Shown here one piece after another: positions 44,436 through 54,670 of a stretch of 64,000 bases of DNA. Within the stretch, counting starts at the first letter, position 1, and each line of letters begins with the position of its first letter. The stretch spans positions 105,167 through 169,166 of the forward strand of contig JAHPZI010000021.1 in assembly GCA_019058295.1 (NCBI GenBank), read 5' to 3'. The notes below the pieces were generated by a model that saw only the letters and a program-made list of their open reading frames with translations, was not told where the DNA came from and made no database searches. The stretch comes from Promethearchaeota archaeon (GTDB taxonomy: Archaea; Asgardarchaeota; Lokiarchaeia; Sigyniarchaeales; SOKP01). The translations under genes and the position numbers were made by a program.

Positions 44436-46886
44436 TTATATTTTACTTCTTTTATCCAAAATTTTATTGACAAAGACTTTAATGAAATCTGTAATCAAAA
44501 AAGCAATAATAGCGTAAATCCAAACAAACAATGCTAACATCCAACCCATTGCGGGAAGTAAAATTCCATATACAGTGATCAATGTAGCAATAATTTGGGT
44601 AGCAACCACTGCTATAAACAAAATTTTTGCTGGTCTTTTAGTCCAAAAATGCCCTTTTGTTCTTACAACAAAAACAGTTAAATGCCCTGCTACGGATAAT
44701 TTAAGATATATGAGGGATTGAATAGTTATTTGATCTACATGAAAAACCTGTAATCCGATATATAATACGCCAAATGATGAAAATACTCCTATTATCCCCA
44801 AAATAGATGCCATAGTTAATACTCTCCTCATATCCCAAGCTTCAGGACTTTTATTATACTCTACATTGTCATATGCTATAGTCATAATTGCCGCATCATT
44901 TAAAATTGCTAATAATACTATCATTAACGCAGTTATGGGATAAAATTGAAAAATGATAATAGCTAAAGTTATAAAGATTAAAATTCGTATTGTTTCAGCA
45001 ATTCGATATGTTGAATAATTTAGCATACGTTGAAAGATTTTGCGACTTTCTATTGTAGCATCAATTATAACCGAAAGACCAGGTTTTGTAAGAGTAATGT
45101 CTGCCGCAGATTTAGCTGCATCAGTAGCATTAGATACAGCTATACCTACATCTGCCTTTTTCAGGGCTGGAGCATCATTAACACCATCTCCTGTCATCCC
45201 TACTATATGTCCTCTATCTTGAAGTAGTTCTACTATATGATATTTGTGTTCTGGAAAAACTTCAGCAAAACCATCAGCGTTTTCAACAAGTTCTATTGTA
45301 TCTTCATCAGATTTATCCATAATGGACGAAGAGGGTACTATATTCGTACCTAAATTTACTGTTTTTGCTATTTCTTTAGCAATAGAACTATGATCACCTG
45401 TTAACATTTTAACATTTAATCCCATTGCCATAGCAGTTTTTATTGTTTCTGCTGAATCATCTCGAGGAGGATCATAAAGTGCGATCAGACCAATAAATAT
45501 CCATGAATCTTCATTATTTTTTGTTTTAGCTACTCCAAGAGCTCTGTAACCCTTTTCTGCAAATTCATCAACATACTCATTTACTTTATTACTTAAATCT
45601 TGTTTATTTGAGGATAATGATAATATTATCTGAGGGGCTCCTTTAGCAACTTTAAATTTTTTACCATCTTTATCTTTTACTTCGGCCTCTGTACGTTTAA
45701 TAACTGGGTCAAATGGAGTAAAATTTGCTATAGTATACCCATTAATTATTTTTTCAAATCCTTCAATCATTTTTGCTTTATCAATTATCGTATTATCAAT
45801 TGCATCTTCGTCTTCTTCTCTTGAGGCAAGTGTTCCATATATTAAGATATCATTACTACTAAAATCATTAAATGAAATCACATTTCCAACTGATAAATCA
45901 TTTTTAGTTATAGTACCAGTCTTATCAGAACATAATATATCAACTCCTGCAAGTTCTTCAATAGCAACTAATTTACTAACAATAGCTTCTTTTTTTGTTA
46001 AAGCTACTGCTCCAATTGCCATCGTGACGGATAAAACAGCAGGTAATGCCACCGGTATTGATGCAACTGTCAGAACTAAAGCAAATTCAAATGTACTGAG
46101 AAGATCTGTATTTCGTAAAATTGACACGAGAAAGATTATACCTACAAGAATAGCAGCAAAAACCATTAAAAAATTTCCAATTTTCATAACAGCTTTTTGA
46201 AAATGAGATCGATTTTTAGCTTCTTCTACAAGTTTAGTTGTTTTACCGAAATATGTATTCATTCCTGTTGTAACAACTAACCCATCCATTTCACCTTGTT
46301 TAACTATGGCTCCAGAATAGCCAATATCAGAAACCTTTTTTTCAACAGGTAATGATTCTCCTGTTAATGCAGATTGATCTACTAACAAATAATCTCCTTT
46401 AGTTAATTTAACATCAGCAGGAATTATATCTCCTAATCTAACTCGTATTATATCTCCAGGTACTAAGTCTCTTGCCTCTAATGTTTTCCATTTACCATCA
46501 CGTTTTACTTTAGCTTTTAAGGCTAAATTTTGTTTTAAAAGCTCAATTGCATTATCTGCTTTATGTTCTTCCCAAAATCTGACAATTGCGTTTAAGAGTA
46601 ATAGTGCTAAAATAATCCAAAAATCTGCCCAATGAGCAATTACTGCTGAAAGGATTACTGCAATTTCAATCATCCATGGAATTGGTCCCCAAAAATTACT
46701 TAGAAATTTTATTATTGGGCTAACTTTTTTTTCAGTTATTTCATTATATCCATATTTCTCATATCTTTTTTCTACTTCAGAATTAGAGAGTCCGCTATCG
46801 TTTGATGATAGAATTTTGTATAACTCGTCAATATTTGTGTTTTCTAATTCTTCACTTGTAATTGATTCTTGATTCATAAAATCCAC
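44436..46886 (-). CDS. P-type ATPase, type IIIA (plasma-membrane H+-ATPase-like)
   Basis: CSDKTGTITKN, MLTGDH and MTGDGVNDAPALKKADVGIAV are present. GDIIPADVKLTKGDYLLVDQSALTGESLPVEKK closely resembles plant/fungal PMA-type pumps. Confidence 0.9.
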   Translation of the reverse strand: MDFMNQESITSEELENTNIDELYKILSSNDSGLSNSEVEKRYEKYGYNEITEKKVSPIIKFLSNFWGPIPWMIEIAVILSAVIAHWADFWIILALLLLNAIVRFWEEHKADNAIELLKQNLALKAKVKRDGKWKTLEARDLVPGDIIRVRLGDIIPADVKLTKGDYLLVDQSALTGESLPVEKKVSDIGYSGAIVKQGEMDGLVVTTGMNTYFGKTTKLVEEAKNRSHFQKAVMKIGNFLMVFAAILVGIIFLVSILRNTDLLSTFEFALVLTVASIPVALPAVLSVTMAIGAVALTKKEAIVSKLVAIEELAGVDILCSDKTGTITKNDLSVGNVISFNDFSSNDILIYGTLASREEDEDAIDNTIIDKAKMIEGFEKIINGYTIANFTPFDPVIKRTEAEVKDKDGKKFKVAKGAPQIILSLSSNKQDLSNKVNEYVDEFAEKGYRALGVAKTKNNEDSWIFIGLIALYDPPRDDSAETIKTAMAMGLNVKMLTGDHSSIAKEIAKTVNLGTNIVPSSSIMDKSDEDTIELVENADGFAEVFPEHKYHIVELLQDRGHIVGMTGDGVNDAPALKKADVGIAVSNATDAAKSAADITLTKPGLSVIIDATIESRKIFQRMLNYSTYRIAETIRILIFITLAIIIFQFYPITALMIVLLAILNDAAIMTIAYDNVEYNKSPEAWDMRRVLTMASILGIIGVFSSFGVLYIGLQVFHVDQITIQSLIYLKLSVAGHLTVFVVRTKGHFWTKRPAKILFIAVVATQIIATLITVYGILLPAMGWMLALFVWIYAIIAFLITDFIKVFVNKILDKRSKI

Positions 46887-47247
46887 TTTTTCTTTTATTT
46901 AAAGAAATTCAAATTTATAGTAAATTTCTCATGCATCTTTGTTTTCAGATTAATTTAAACAAATGGTTTAAATTTTATAAAAAAAAATACAGTTTTACAT
47001 GTCGAAATTATAAATTTTTATCTATCTCATTTGATTTCTAAGCTTTCATTATAATGTCATAATAATAGAACTATATTTACCATATAAAACGATTTAACAA
47101 ATTTCTCTTAATTATCATATATTAAGTAGAAATCTAGATTTTATTAACCTTAATTTTAAATATAAAACAAGGTGATTTATTGTAAAAATAATTAAATCAG
47201 AAATATTGTTCAAAATAATCTTTATTATAATATAAATAGGTGCTATA

Positions 47248-49344
47248 ATGAATCAAACAATAAATTTAAGCGTGATAGCTATTAATCCTCAAAATTTATT
47301 TTGGTTTTTCCTTGTAATCACTATAATTCTCTCTATTTTTGGTATTGGCTACATTTTTTGGATTATTCATAAACTGAAGCAATTAGATAATGGAACAGAA
47401 GAAATGATAAAGATTCACAATTTAATTAAATTGGGATCAAATGCTTATTTAAAGAGACAATTTAAAACGATAAGTATCGTTTTAAGTATTTTAACTATCA
47501 TCCTTTTTTTTATAAGTCTTCCATTAGCAATTTCCTTTATGATTGGTGCCATAACATCGCTAATTGCTAGCTATATTAGTATGATCGCATCAACAATGTC
47601 AAATGTAAAGGTCACTCAAGCATGTAAAACCGATATTAAACAAGCTCTAAAAATTGGTTTTAATGCCGGAATGATCATAGGAGTTTCTGTAATTTCAATA
47701 TCATTATTAGGGATCTCGATATTATATATTATATTTAACTACTCCGTTGAGAATATATTAGGATTTGCCTTCGGGGCTTCTTTTTCTGCATTATTTGCTC
47801 AATTAGGTGGAGGAATCTTTACTAAAGGTGCAGATATTGGGGCAGATTTAGTTGGAAAATTAGAGCATGGATTAGCTGAAGATGATATTAGAAATCCAGC
47901 TGCCATCGCTGATAATGTTGGAGATAATGTAGGGGATTGTGCTGGAAGAGGGGCAGATCTTTATGAATCCTCTTCAGCAAACAATATTGGAGCGATGATA
48001 ATTGGTGTTACTCTGACTTTAATTACTAATAATCCATTATTTATTATTTTCTCTTTAATCACAAGAGCATTAGGAAATATTGCTAGTATAATTGGAGGTC
48101 ATTTTGCCAAAATGAAAAATACAGATAAAAGTCCAATTAAAGCTTTTGCCAGAGGATTATCCATTACTGCATTGATGAGTATATTATTCTTTTTTATTTT
48201 AACATGGGTCAGTTTTGGAACTGGATGGTGGCTTTTATTTTTATGTGGAATTTTAGGGATACTCTTAGGGATTTCAACCTATTTCCTTGTTGATTATTAT
48301 ACCTCCTCAAGATATGGACCAGTAAAAAACGTTATAAAAAATTCAGAAACTGGAGCTGCGACAAACGTCATTAGTGGGTTTTCTTTAGGTCTTGAATCTC
48401 CTGCTATTCCAGTTTTTTCATTTATTTTAGGTATATTAATTAGTTTCTCTTTAGGCAAAATATATGGAATTATCCATCATATAGATCCATTTTTAGGCGG
48501 AGTTTTTGGAATAACAATTGCAACTTTGGGATTATTATCTATTACAACAATTATTCTCGCTTTTGATGGATTTGGCCCTGTATCCGATAATGCTGCAGGG
48601 ATCGCTGAAATGGCACATCTCGGAGAGGATGTTAGATTTAATTTAGATCGTTTAGATGCTGTTGGAAATACTACAAAAGCACTTGCAAAGGGATTTGGGA
48701 TAACATGTGCGGCGTTATCTGCCATAATATTATTTGAGGCATATTTAGAGGAAATTAGAGCTACTGATGTAAATATATATCATCCGATTATTATGTGTTC
48801 TTTATTGCTAGGAGCCGTTATTCCATTTCTATTTTCTTCCTTAGCAATTCGAGCAACAGGAAAAGCGGCATATGGAATGATAAAAGAGATCCAAAGACAA
48901 TTTAAAGAAAATCCAGGAATCTTAGAAGGTAATTCACTTCCAGATTATGAGAATTGTATTGATATAGGAACTAAAGTTGCTTTAAAACAGATGATCTTTC
49001 CAGCACTACTTCCCACCCTAACACCAATCTTCTTAGGTTTTTTATTCGGTCCAATTGCAGTTGCTGCTTTTTTGATATCTGGTACAATCTCAGGAATCAT
49101 ATTAGGATTTGTCTTGAATACAGGAGGGGGGGCATTGGATAATGCCAAAAAAGCTATAGAAAGTGGTTTATTAGGTGGAAAAGGTTCTGAGGCCCATTCT
49201 GCATCGGTAGTAGGAGATACGTTTGGTGACCCCTTGAAAGATACAGCTGGCCCCTCACTTCATATTTTAGTTAAAGTCTTAAATACTGTTTCAATCGCTT
49301 TTGCTCCGATTTTTATTGCTTTCGGAGCACTTATAATTTTATAA
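47248..49344 (+). CDS. hppA: Membrane-bound H+-translocating pyrophosphatase, K+-independent type
   Basis: GGGIFTKGADIGADLVGK, AAIADNVGDNVGDCAGRGADL and DAVGNTTKALAKG are present. The Lys in GNTTKA marks the K+-independent class. Confidence 0.95.
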   Translation: MNQTINLSVIAINPQNLFWFFLVITIILSIFGIGYIFWIIHKLKQLDNGTEEMIKIHNLIKLGSNAYLKRQFKTISIVLSILTIILFFISLPLAISFMIGAITSLIASYISMIASTMSNVKVTQACKTDIKQALKIGFNAGMIIGVSVISISLLGISILYIIFNYSVENILGFAFGASFSALFAQLGGGIFTKGADIGADLVGKLEHGLAEDDIRNPAAIADNVGDNVGDCAGRGADLYESSSANNIGAMIIGVTLTLITNNPLFIIFSLITRALGNIASIIGGHFAKMKNTDKSPIKAFARGLSITALMSILFFFILTWVSFGTGWWLLFLCGILGILLGISTYFLVDYYTSSRYGPVKNVIKNSETGAATNVISGFSLGLESPAIPVFSFILGILISFSLGKIYGIIHHIDPFLGGVFGITIATLGLLSITTIILAFDGFGPVSDNAAGIAEMAHLGEDVRFNLDRLDAVGNTTKALAKGFGITCAALSAIILFEAYLEEIRATDVNIYHPIIMCSLLLGAVIPFLFSSLAIRATGKAAYGMIKEIQRQFKENPGILEGNSLPDYENCIDIGTKVALKQMIFPALLPTLTPIFLGFLFGPIAVAAFLISGTISGIILGFVLNTGGGALDNAKKAIESGLLGGKGSEAHSASVVGDTFGDPLKDTAGPSLHILVKVLNTVSIAFAPIFIAFGALIIL

Positions 49345-49465
49345 ATCTCTTTTTTATTATTTTTATTTAACTATTCTAATAGATTAAGATTTAAAACCTT
49401 AATAGAGTATCAAAATTAGTTTTATATGTGAGTTTAGCTAAAATAAAATAAAATAAAAAAACCCA

Positions 49466-49933
49466 TTAACGAACAATTAAAACATCACATGATGCGTGTT
49501 CTAATGCTTTCTCAGCAACTGATCCCATAAGAAACTCTTTTAATTTTGAATGTTCACCTTTATATCCTAATACAACAAGGTCAAATCCTTCTTCCTCTAC
49601 AACTTTTTTAAGATATTCTGCAGGGTTTTCATCTTTTATTAATCTAGTTTCTACTTTAGCCATAGAAGAGCCAAAAATTTCTCGAGCATTATTTAATATA
49701 GTTTTTCCTTCTTCAATTTTTGTTCTTTCAATATCTGAAGAACTCATTGCTGGGTAATGACTTGCTGTTGGCATTATGGAGAGTACTGGTACATTCTCAA
49801 AAAACTTATGCTTAATTGCATGGAAAATGACGACCTTTCTTGGCCATTTTTCTTCAATTTCTCTAATTTTTATAACTGCTCGCATAGAATCTTCAGATCC
49901 ATCAACACCAATCAAAATTTTCTTATAAATTAT
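49466..49933 (-). CDS. Universal stress protein (UspA family); start probably upstream of track TTG 49915
   Basis: KKILIGVDGSEDS...VVLGYKGEHSKLKEFLMGSVAEKALEHASCDVLIV. The frame opens after TGA 49939-49937. GGTGA (49941-49937) is followed by ATA 49933 and ATT 49930. Confidence 0.8.
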   Translation of the reverse strand: MIYKKILIGVDGSEDSMRAVIKIREIEEKWPRKVVIFHAIKHKFFENVPVLSIMPTASHYPAMSSSDIERTKIEEGKTILNNAREIFGSSMAKVETRLIKDENPAEYLKKVVEEEGFDLVVLGYKGEHSKLKEFLMGSVAEKALEHASCDVLIVR

Positions 49934-50160
49934 ATATCACCTTATAAATTTTTAATTATTATCAATCCAAACTACTATCAAATAAGTAGACTTAAAAAGG
50001 TAATATTAAAGTTTTATAAATTATTTAGAAGAACCTCTTTCTAAGATTAATCAGTATAGTAGCTTAACTTTAACATTCTTAACCCGTATTCTTAATAAGT
50101 TAAAACTACAATGAAGATTGACTATAGGATTATAATCAAAATCCTCATGGAGGTTGATAT

Positions 50161-50337
50161 ATGTCAAAAGAAAAAAAGCTTATCTTTTGTTATTATTGTG
50201 GGAATCTAATAAAAGAATATGATGATGAAAAAACTAAAATATGTCCATATTGCGGAATAGAATTACATTATACTGATAAAAAAATTAAGAGAAATAAAGC
50301 ACATAAAACCCTCAATTCAGAAGTATTGGATTTTTAG
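50161..50337 (+). CDS. Unlisted 58-aa zinc-ribbon protein
   Basis: GGAGGT at 50149-50154 lies 6 nt before the ATG at 50161. The product is MSKEKKLIFCYYCGNLIKEYDDEKTKICPYCGIELHY... (CxxC...CxxC), ending at TAG 50335-50337. Confidence 0.55.
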   Translation: MSKEKKLIFCYYCGNLIKEYDDEKTKICPYCGIELHYTDKKIKRNKAHKTLNSEVLDF

Positions 50338-50362
50338 TCCTATTCTAATAACGCATAGAAGG

Positions 50363-51298
50363 TTAATCAAAAGGAATGAATTTATTCATTTCTTCAATGA
50401 ATTTATTCATATCTTCAGCCCTTCTTAAAATTTCAATAAAAATTCTTTTTAACATAATGTAAGTATCGGACAAAAAACGAACAAATGATTTATTGGATGA
50501 TTGAAATCCGGAAACATCAGTTAAGCCAATTCTATTATCTTTTTTATCATCAGTTTTTAAAGCCATTAGGACTTCCGAGTCATCAATTATCGAATACCTT
50601 AGAGGTGCATTTACTATCGCCCCATCAATAAAACAATTTTCAACAAATTTATCTAAAATCTGTTTATTCGGATCTATCACATTTTTTTTGAAAAAAGATC
50701 GAAATCTATTATTTTCTTTCTTTTGAATATCATAAAATGAACCTCCATATAATATTCGTATTTCTAATGAGGGTTTTTTAGTAAAAATCTTATTTAAATA
50801 GTCTTTTAAAATAATCTCCTCATTTTTAATTAAAAATCCACAGATTATTATTACTTTTTTCTCAGCATGTTCAAGTAAATATTCTAAACGCGAAAAATAA
50901 ACATCTATTCTATTGAAAAAGCTAAATGGAATTGTATCGCGCAATGGATATTTTGGTTCAATATGAGGTAAAGAGTATAAATCATCTATCATTTTTTCTC
51001 CTGCTTTTTCTAAAATCATCGTTTTATCAGAAATCATTTTTTCAATGGCGTATTTCGGATCATATACTTCAATGACCATAGGTCGATATCCAATTATATG
51101 TATCAATTTATATTCTTCTAATTTTTTAATAGCCTCATAAACTTTAGGTTTTGAATATTTTGACATCTGAACTAAATCAGATACATTAATTTTATTATAT
51201 TTTTGAGGGGAAACTTTTGTTAATTGAATTAACTGCTTATAAATATTTTTTTCAGTATCTTTAAATTTAAAAACTTCAAAAGGATCAATTTCTATCAT
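50363..51298 (-). CDS. TrmB-like transcriptional regulator
   Basis: N-terminal wHTH pattern (EKNIYKQLIQL...VSDLVQMSKYSKPKVYEAIKKLEEYKLI) followed by a long effector-like domain. Confidence 0.55.
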   Translation of the reverse strand: MIEIDPFEVFKFKDTEKNIYKQLIQLTKVSPQKYNKINVSDLVQMSKYSKPKVYEAIKKLEEYKLIHIIGYRPMVIEVYDPKYAIEKMISDKTMILEKAGEKMIDDLYSLPHIEPKYPLRDTIPFSFFNRIDVYFSRLEYLLEHAEKKVIIICGFLIKNEEIILKDYLNKIFTKKPSLEIRILYGGSFYDIQKKENNRFRSFFKKNVIDPNKQILDKFVENCFIDGAIVNAPLRYSIIDDSEVLMALKTDDKKDNRIGLTDVSGFQSSNKSFVRFLSDTYIMLKRIFIEILRRAEDMNKFIEEMNKFIPFD

Positions 51299-51567
51299 TT
51301 TCTAGTTTGAAAAAATTTGTAGTTAATATTATTAATTTCAAATTTGTTGTTAATAAATTTAATTATAATTTCTATTTATTTAATTTGGGCATTTTTAAAT
51401 AATTTCAAAAAATAAATATTTCAATATTTTTTAGATTTTTTTTTGTAAAATATTCAAGAATTTTACCCAAACTTCCCTATCATAAAATTCTGAAATATAT
51501 ATAAAAAGATTTATCCCTTAAATAGACAAAAACTTTAAAAACTCAGTTAAGGATTATATTATTAAGT

Positions 51568-51585
51568 GAAAAATTTCAATTTTTC
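51568..51585. promoter_or_regulatory. Palindrome GAAAAATT-TC-AATTTTTC upstream of the 51660 operon
   Basis: Read directly. It lies 75-92 nt upstream of the ATG at 51660 and next to the divergent TrmB-like gene. AT-rich context weakens its significance. Confidence 0.2.
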
Positions 51586-51659
51586 ATATAAAAATTATAA
51601 ATAATTATAGTTTTTTAATTCAAGGTTATAAGAAAATAAAATATGTAATTAGGTGAAAT

Positions 51660-52922
51660 ATGAAATATCTTGAAAAATTATTAAAAGATTTTCAAAATAT
51701 ACCTCAAAACATCATTCTCCACGCCGATATCCTAAGAAGGGGTATTAAACTGAACGATGATTTGAAAAGAGCGGGTAAAGAATCGTGTCAAACAGGAATC
51801 GCTACAAAACTTCAATATCATATCCTGAACCAAAAAGATTTGCCACCCAGCCAGTTCCATTTCACGTCAGATGAGACAACAGTGGATATAAAAATAGATA
51901 AAAACAGCCCCTATGAGATAAAAGAGCTTAGTAGTAAAGAATACCATCTTTGCGCCGGGGACAGGGATTTCGGCAGGGTTAGATTTACAAAGCGTCCTAA
52001 ATACGCAGATAAAAACACATCGGATGGACAGGAATGCCAGTTTCTCTTAATGCAGAGAGGTTCATTCTGCCTTCTTGTGAGCCCTCTTGACTTTTGCGCA
52101 TATCTTAAAAAAGGTGATGCATGTCAATATTGTATCCTATCCCCAGCAATGGATATTGCAATACAGCGAGAAATAATGAAACCGATACCTGATCATAAGA
52201 TCATTGCTGAAGCTGTTGAGATTGCTTGTAAAGAGGATGTTAAGCTCAGGGACTTGAAACTCTCCGGCGGAGCACTTTATAACACCAAAAAGGAGGCAGA
52301 ATACTATAAAAGTTGCCTTTCGGCGATTCTTGAGCGTATTGATCCACCTGAGGAGATTACAATCTTCTCACAGGCATTTGATAAGGAAGATCAGATGGAT
52401 TTAAAAGAGATGGGGGCAACGAATGTAATCTTTAATTTGGAGGTCTGGGATGAACAACTCTGGCCTAAGCTTCTTCCAGGTAAGGCAAAAGCAATTGGGC
52501 GTGAAGAATGGATTAACCGACTTAAAGATGCGGTGGAGATCTTCGGAAGGGGGCATGTAAGTTGTAGCTTTGTAGCGGGATTTGAGTGCGCTCCTAAGCA
52601 AGGTTTCTTAACACAAGAAGATTCATTTAATGCATATTTAACTGCATTTGAATTTCTTCTTAAGAGGGATATAGTGCCATCGTTTACCATTTGGACGCCT
52701 TACCCTTTAGTTGGTGGATTTAAAGAAAAGGATCCCCCCGACACTGAATGGTATCTCCGGTTAGGAGTAAAACACCATGAAATGTTGGAAAAGTATGATA
52801 TGTACAAATCTTTGGGATTCCCTCATTATGGAGTAGATCCCCCAACACTTGGTCTATACTGTTATTATTGCTTTAGTATGCAGTTTCTACGTGATTTTCC
52901 AAGGTTAATTGATCGTGATTAA
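51660..52922 (+). CDS. Radical-SAM-like Fe-S enzyme candidate with noncanonical Cys motif (Cx8Cx2C)
   Basis: FCAYLKKGDACQYC sits where a CxxxCxxC cluster would be expected. LKLSGGA resembles the GGE motif. TIM-barrel-like beta/alpha alternation. Sampled lines are 40-43% GC, above the neighbouring genes. The family is not securely recognised. Confidence 0.4.
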   Translation: MKYLEKLLKDFQNIPQNIILHADILRRGIKLNDDLKRAGKESCQTGIATKLQYHILNQKDLPPSQFHFTSDETTVDIKIDKNSPYEIKELSSKEYHLCAGDRDFGRVRFTKRPKYADKNTSDGQECQFLLMQRGSFCLLVSPLDFCAYLKKGDACQYCILSPAMDIAIQREIMKPIPDHKIIAEAVEIACKEDVKLRDLKLSGGALYNTKKEAEYYKSCLSAILERIDPPEEITIFSQAFDKEDQMDLKEMGATNVIFNLEVWDEQLWPKLLPGKAKAIGREEWINRLKDAVEIFGRGHVSCSFVAGFECAPKQGFLTQEDSFNAYLTAFEFLLKRDIVPSFTIWTPYPLVGGFKEKDPPDTEWYLRLGVKHHEMLEKYDMYKSLGFPHYGVDPPTLGLYCYYCFSMQFLRDFPRLIDRD

Positions 52923-53037
52923 AAATGATTTTTGAAAAAAGAAGGTAAATTAAAATTTACCATCTAAAACTATATCTAAAGTTATAAATTATCATAAATT
53001 TATAGAGAAAATATTAAATCTTAAAAAGTAATATATA

Positions 53038-53496
53038 ATGTCTTCGAAAAATGAGAAAGCACTACAATTAAGAAATGAGACCATAGCCGCAAATGTGGGT
53101 AGATTGTTTCAAATGTTAGTTGATATATATGGTGTATCAGAGCTTCATAATTTAGAAAAGATTGTTAAAAAGCGAGAAGGACAAGTAGTAAATCTTGATT
53201 TTAAACCATTAAATACCACTGTTTCCTTTGTCTTATCTAAATCTCGCCTTTCTCCACATTTAGGAAAATCTGATAAAGCCGCTGCGACTGTGATTTTAAA
53301 TATGAAAAAAGAAGACTTAATCCCTTCATTTATAGATTTTATCAAAACCAAGGATAATTTTTTCGGTTTTCTAAAAAATATTTTTAAATATTATATTCCA
53401 GGAAAAATTAAAGTAAAAGGTTCCTTAGGTGCTGGAATTACTTTATGGAAATTACTTTTCATCGGAAAGCATTCAATGTATAAGAAAAAAACGTAG
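53038..53496 (+). CDS. SCP2 (sterol-carrier-protein-2)-like lipid-binding domain protein
   Basis: AATVILNMKKEDLIP...GKIKVKGSLGAGITLWKLL matches the SCP2 C-terminal pattern GKLKIKGdmglAmKL. Confidence 0.6.
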   Translation: MSSKNEKALQLRNETIAANVGRLFQMLVDIYGVSELHNLEKIVKKREGQVVNLDFKPLNTTVSFVLSKSRLSPHLGKSDKAAATVILNMKKEDLIPSFIDFIKTKDNFFGFLKNIFKYYIPGKIKVKGSLGAGITLWKLLFIGKHSMYKKKT

Positions 53497-53504
53497 CAAA
53501 CGAG

Positions 53505-54653
53505 ATGGTATTAATGAGTTTTGAAAGTTTCATAAAAGTAAATAAAACTATTTCTAATTCTTATGTAGAGGAATGGAAAAAGCAAGGAAAAAAAATTGTA
53601 GGATATTACTGTTCTTATATTCCAGAGGAGATTTTAGTTTCAGGAGGAATTTTACCATTTAGAATGAGATCGGTCGAAGCGGAAGGAACTTCTCGAGCAG
53701 ATACTATTTTAAGTCGTTTTAATTGCTCGTTTGTTCGAGCATCCCTAGATTTAGCGATGCAAGGTAAATATAACTTTCTTGATGGATTAGTGGTTATGAA
53801 TTCTTGCGACCACGCTCGAAGGATGTATGATATTTGGAAATATAAAATAATTGGAAAGTTGGAGGGAATTGAGGAGAATTTTGGATTATTTTTTATTTCT
53901 TTACCACATATTATTACAGAAAGAGGATATAATTGGTTATTAGAGGAATTCACATTTTTTAAAGAAAATTTAGAAAAAACCTATAATATAACGATTTCCG
54001 AAGAAAATCTAAAAACTGCAATTAAAACTTTGAATGAAAACAGAAAACTTCTAAAGGAAATTCATAAATTTCGAATTCTAGATAAACCAAAACTTAATGG
54101 AGTTGAAGCTCTTAAATTAAATATCGCAACTACCGCTACTCCAAAAGAAATTTCAAACCAAGTATTAAGTTCTTATTTGCAGTCTCTAAAGGATCGAGAA
54201 GGCATATCAGATTATAGAGCAAGATTATTGATTACAGGAAGTCTAATTGATGATCCTACTTTTTTAAAAATTATTGAAGATGTTGGCGGTCTTGTGGTCT
54301 CAGATTTATTATGCTTTGGTGTTAGAAATTTTTGGGACTTAACTCCTGAAACAGGAGATCCTTTAGAATCAATTACCAAACGTTATTATGAGAAAATCTC
54401 TTGTCCAAGAATGATGGATGATCATGACAGGCGATTTAAATTCCTACAAGAGTTAATAAAAGAAGCGAAAGTAGATGGAGTAATCGGAACAAGAATCGAG
54501 TTTTGCGATTTAAATGGATGTGAATGCATGCTATATGAACATGAATTGGAAGATTTAAACATTCCCATGTTAAGTTTAGATAGAGATTATTTTGTTGGTG
54601 ATAAAGGAAGATTTAAAACTCGATTCGAAGCTTTTATCGAACAAATTGAATAA
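53505..54653 (+). CDS. 2-hydroxyacyl-CoA dehydratase / benzoyl-CoA reductase BcrC/BadD-type subunit (HGD-D family)
   Basis: IVGYYCSYIPEEILVSGGILPFRM, NSCDHARRMYD and RIEFCDLNGCECMLYEHEL are typical HGD-D family blocks. Confidence 0.8.
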   Translation: MVLMSFESFIKVNKTISNSYVEEWKKQGKKIVGYYCSYIPEEILVSGGILPFRMRSVEAEGTSRADTILSRFNCSFVRASLDLAMQGKYNFLDGLVVMNSCDHARRMYDIWKYKIIGKLEGIEENFGLFFISLPHIITERGYNWLLEEFTFFKENLEKTYNITISEENLKTAIKTLNENRKLLKEIHKFRILDKPKLNGVEALKLNIATTATPKEISNQVLSSYLQSLKDREGISDYRARLLITGSLIDDPTFLKIIEDVGGLVVSDLLCFGVRNFWDLTPETGDPLESITKRYYEKISCPRMMDDHDRRFKFLQELIKEAKVDGVIGTRIEFCDLNGCECMLYEHELEDLNIPMLSLDRDYFVGDKGRFKTRFEAFIEQIE

Positions 54654-54670
54654 AAAAAAAGGTTAATTAT

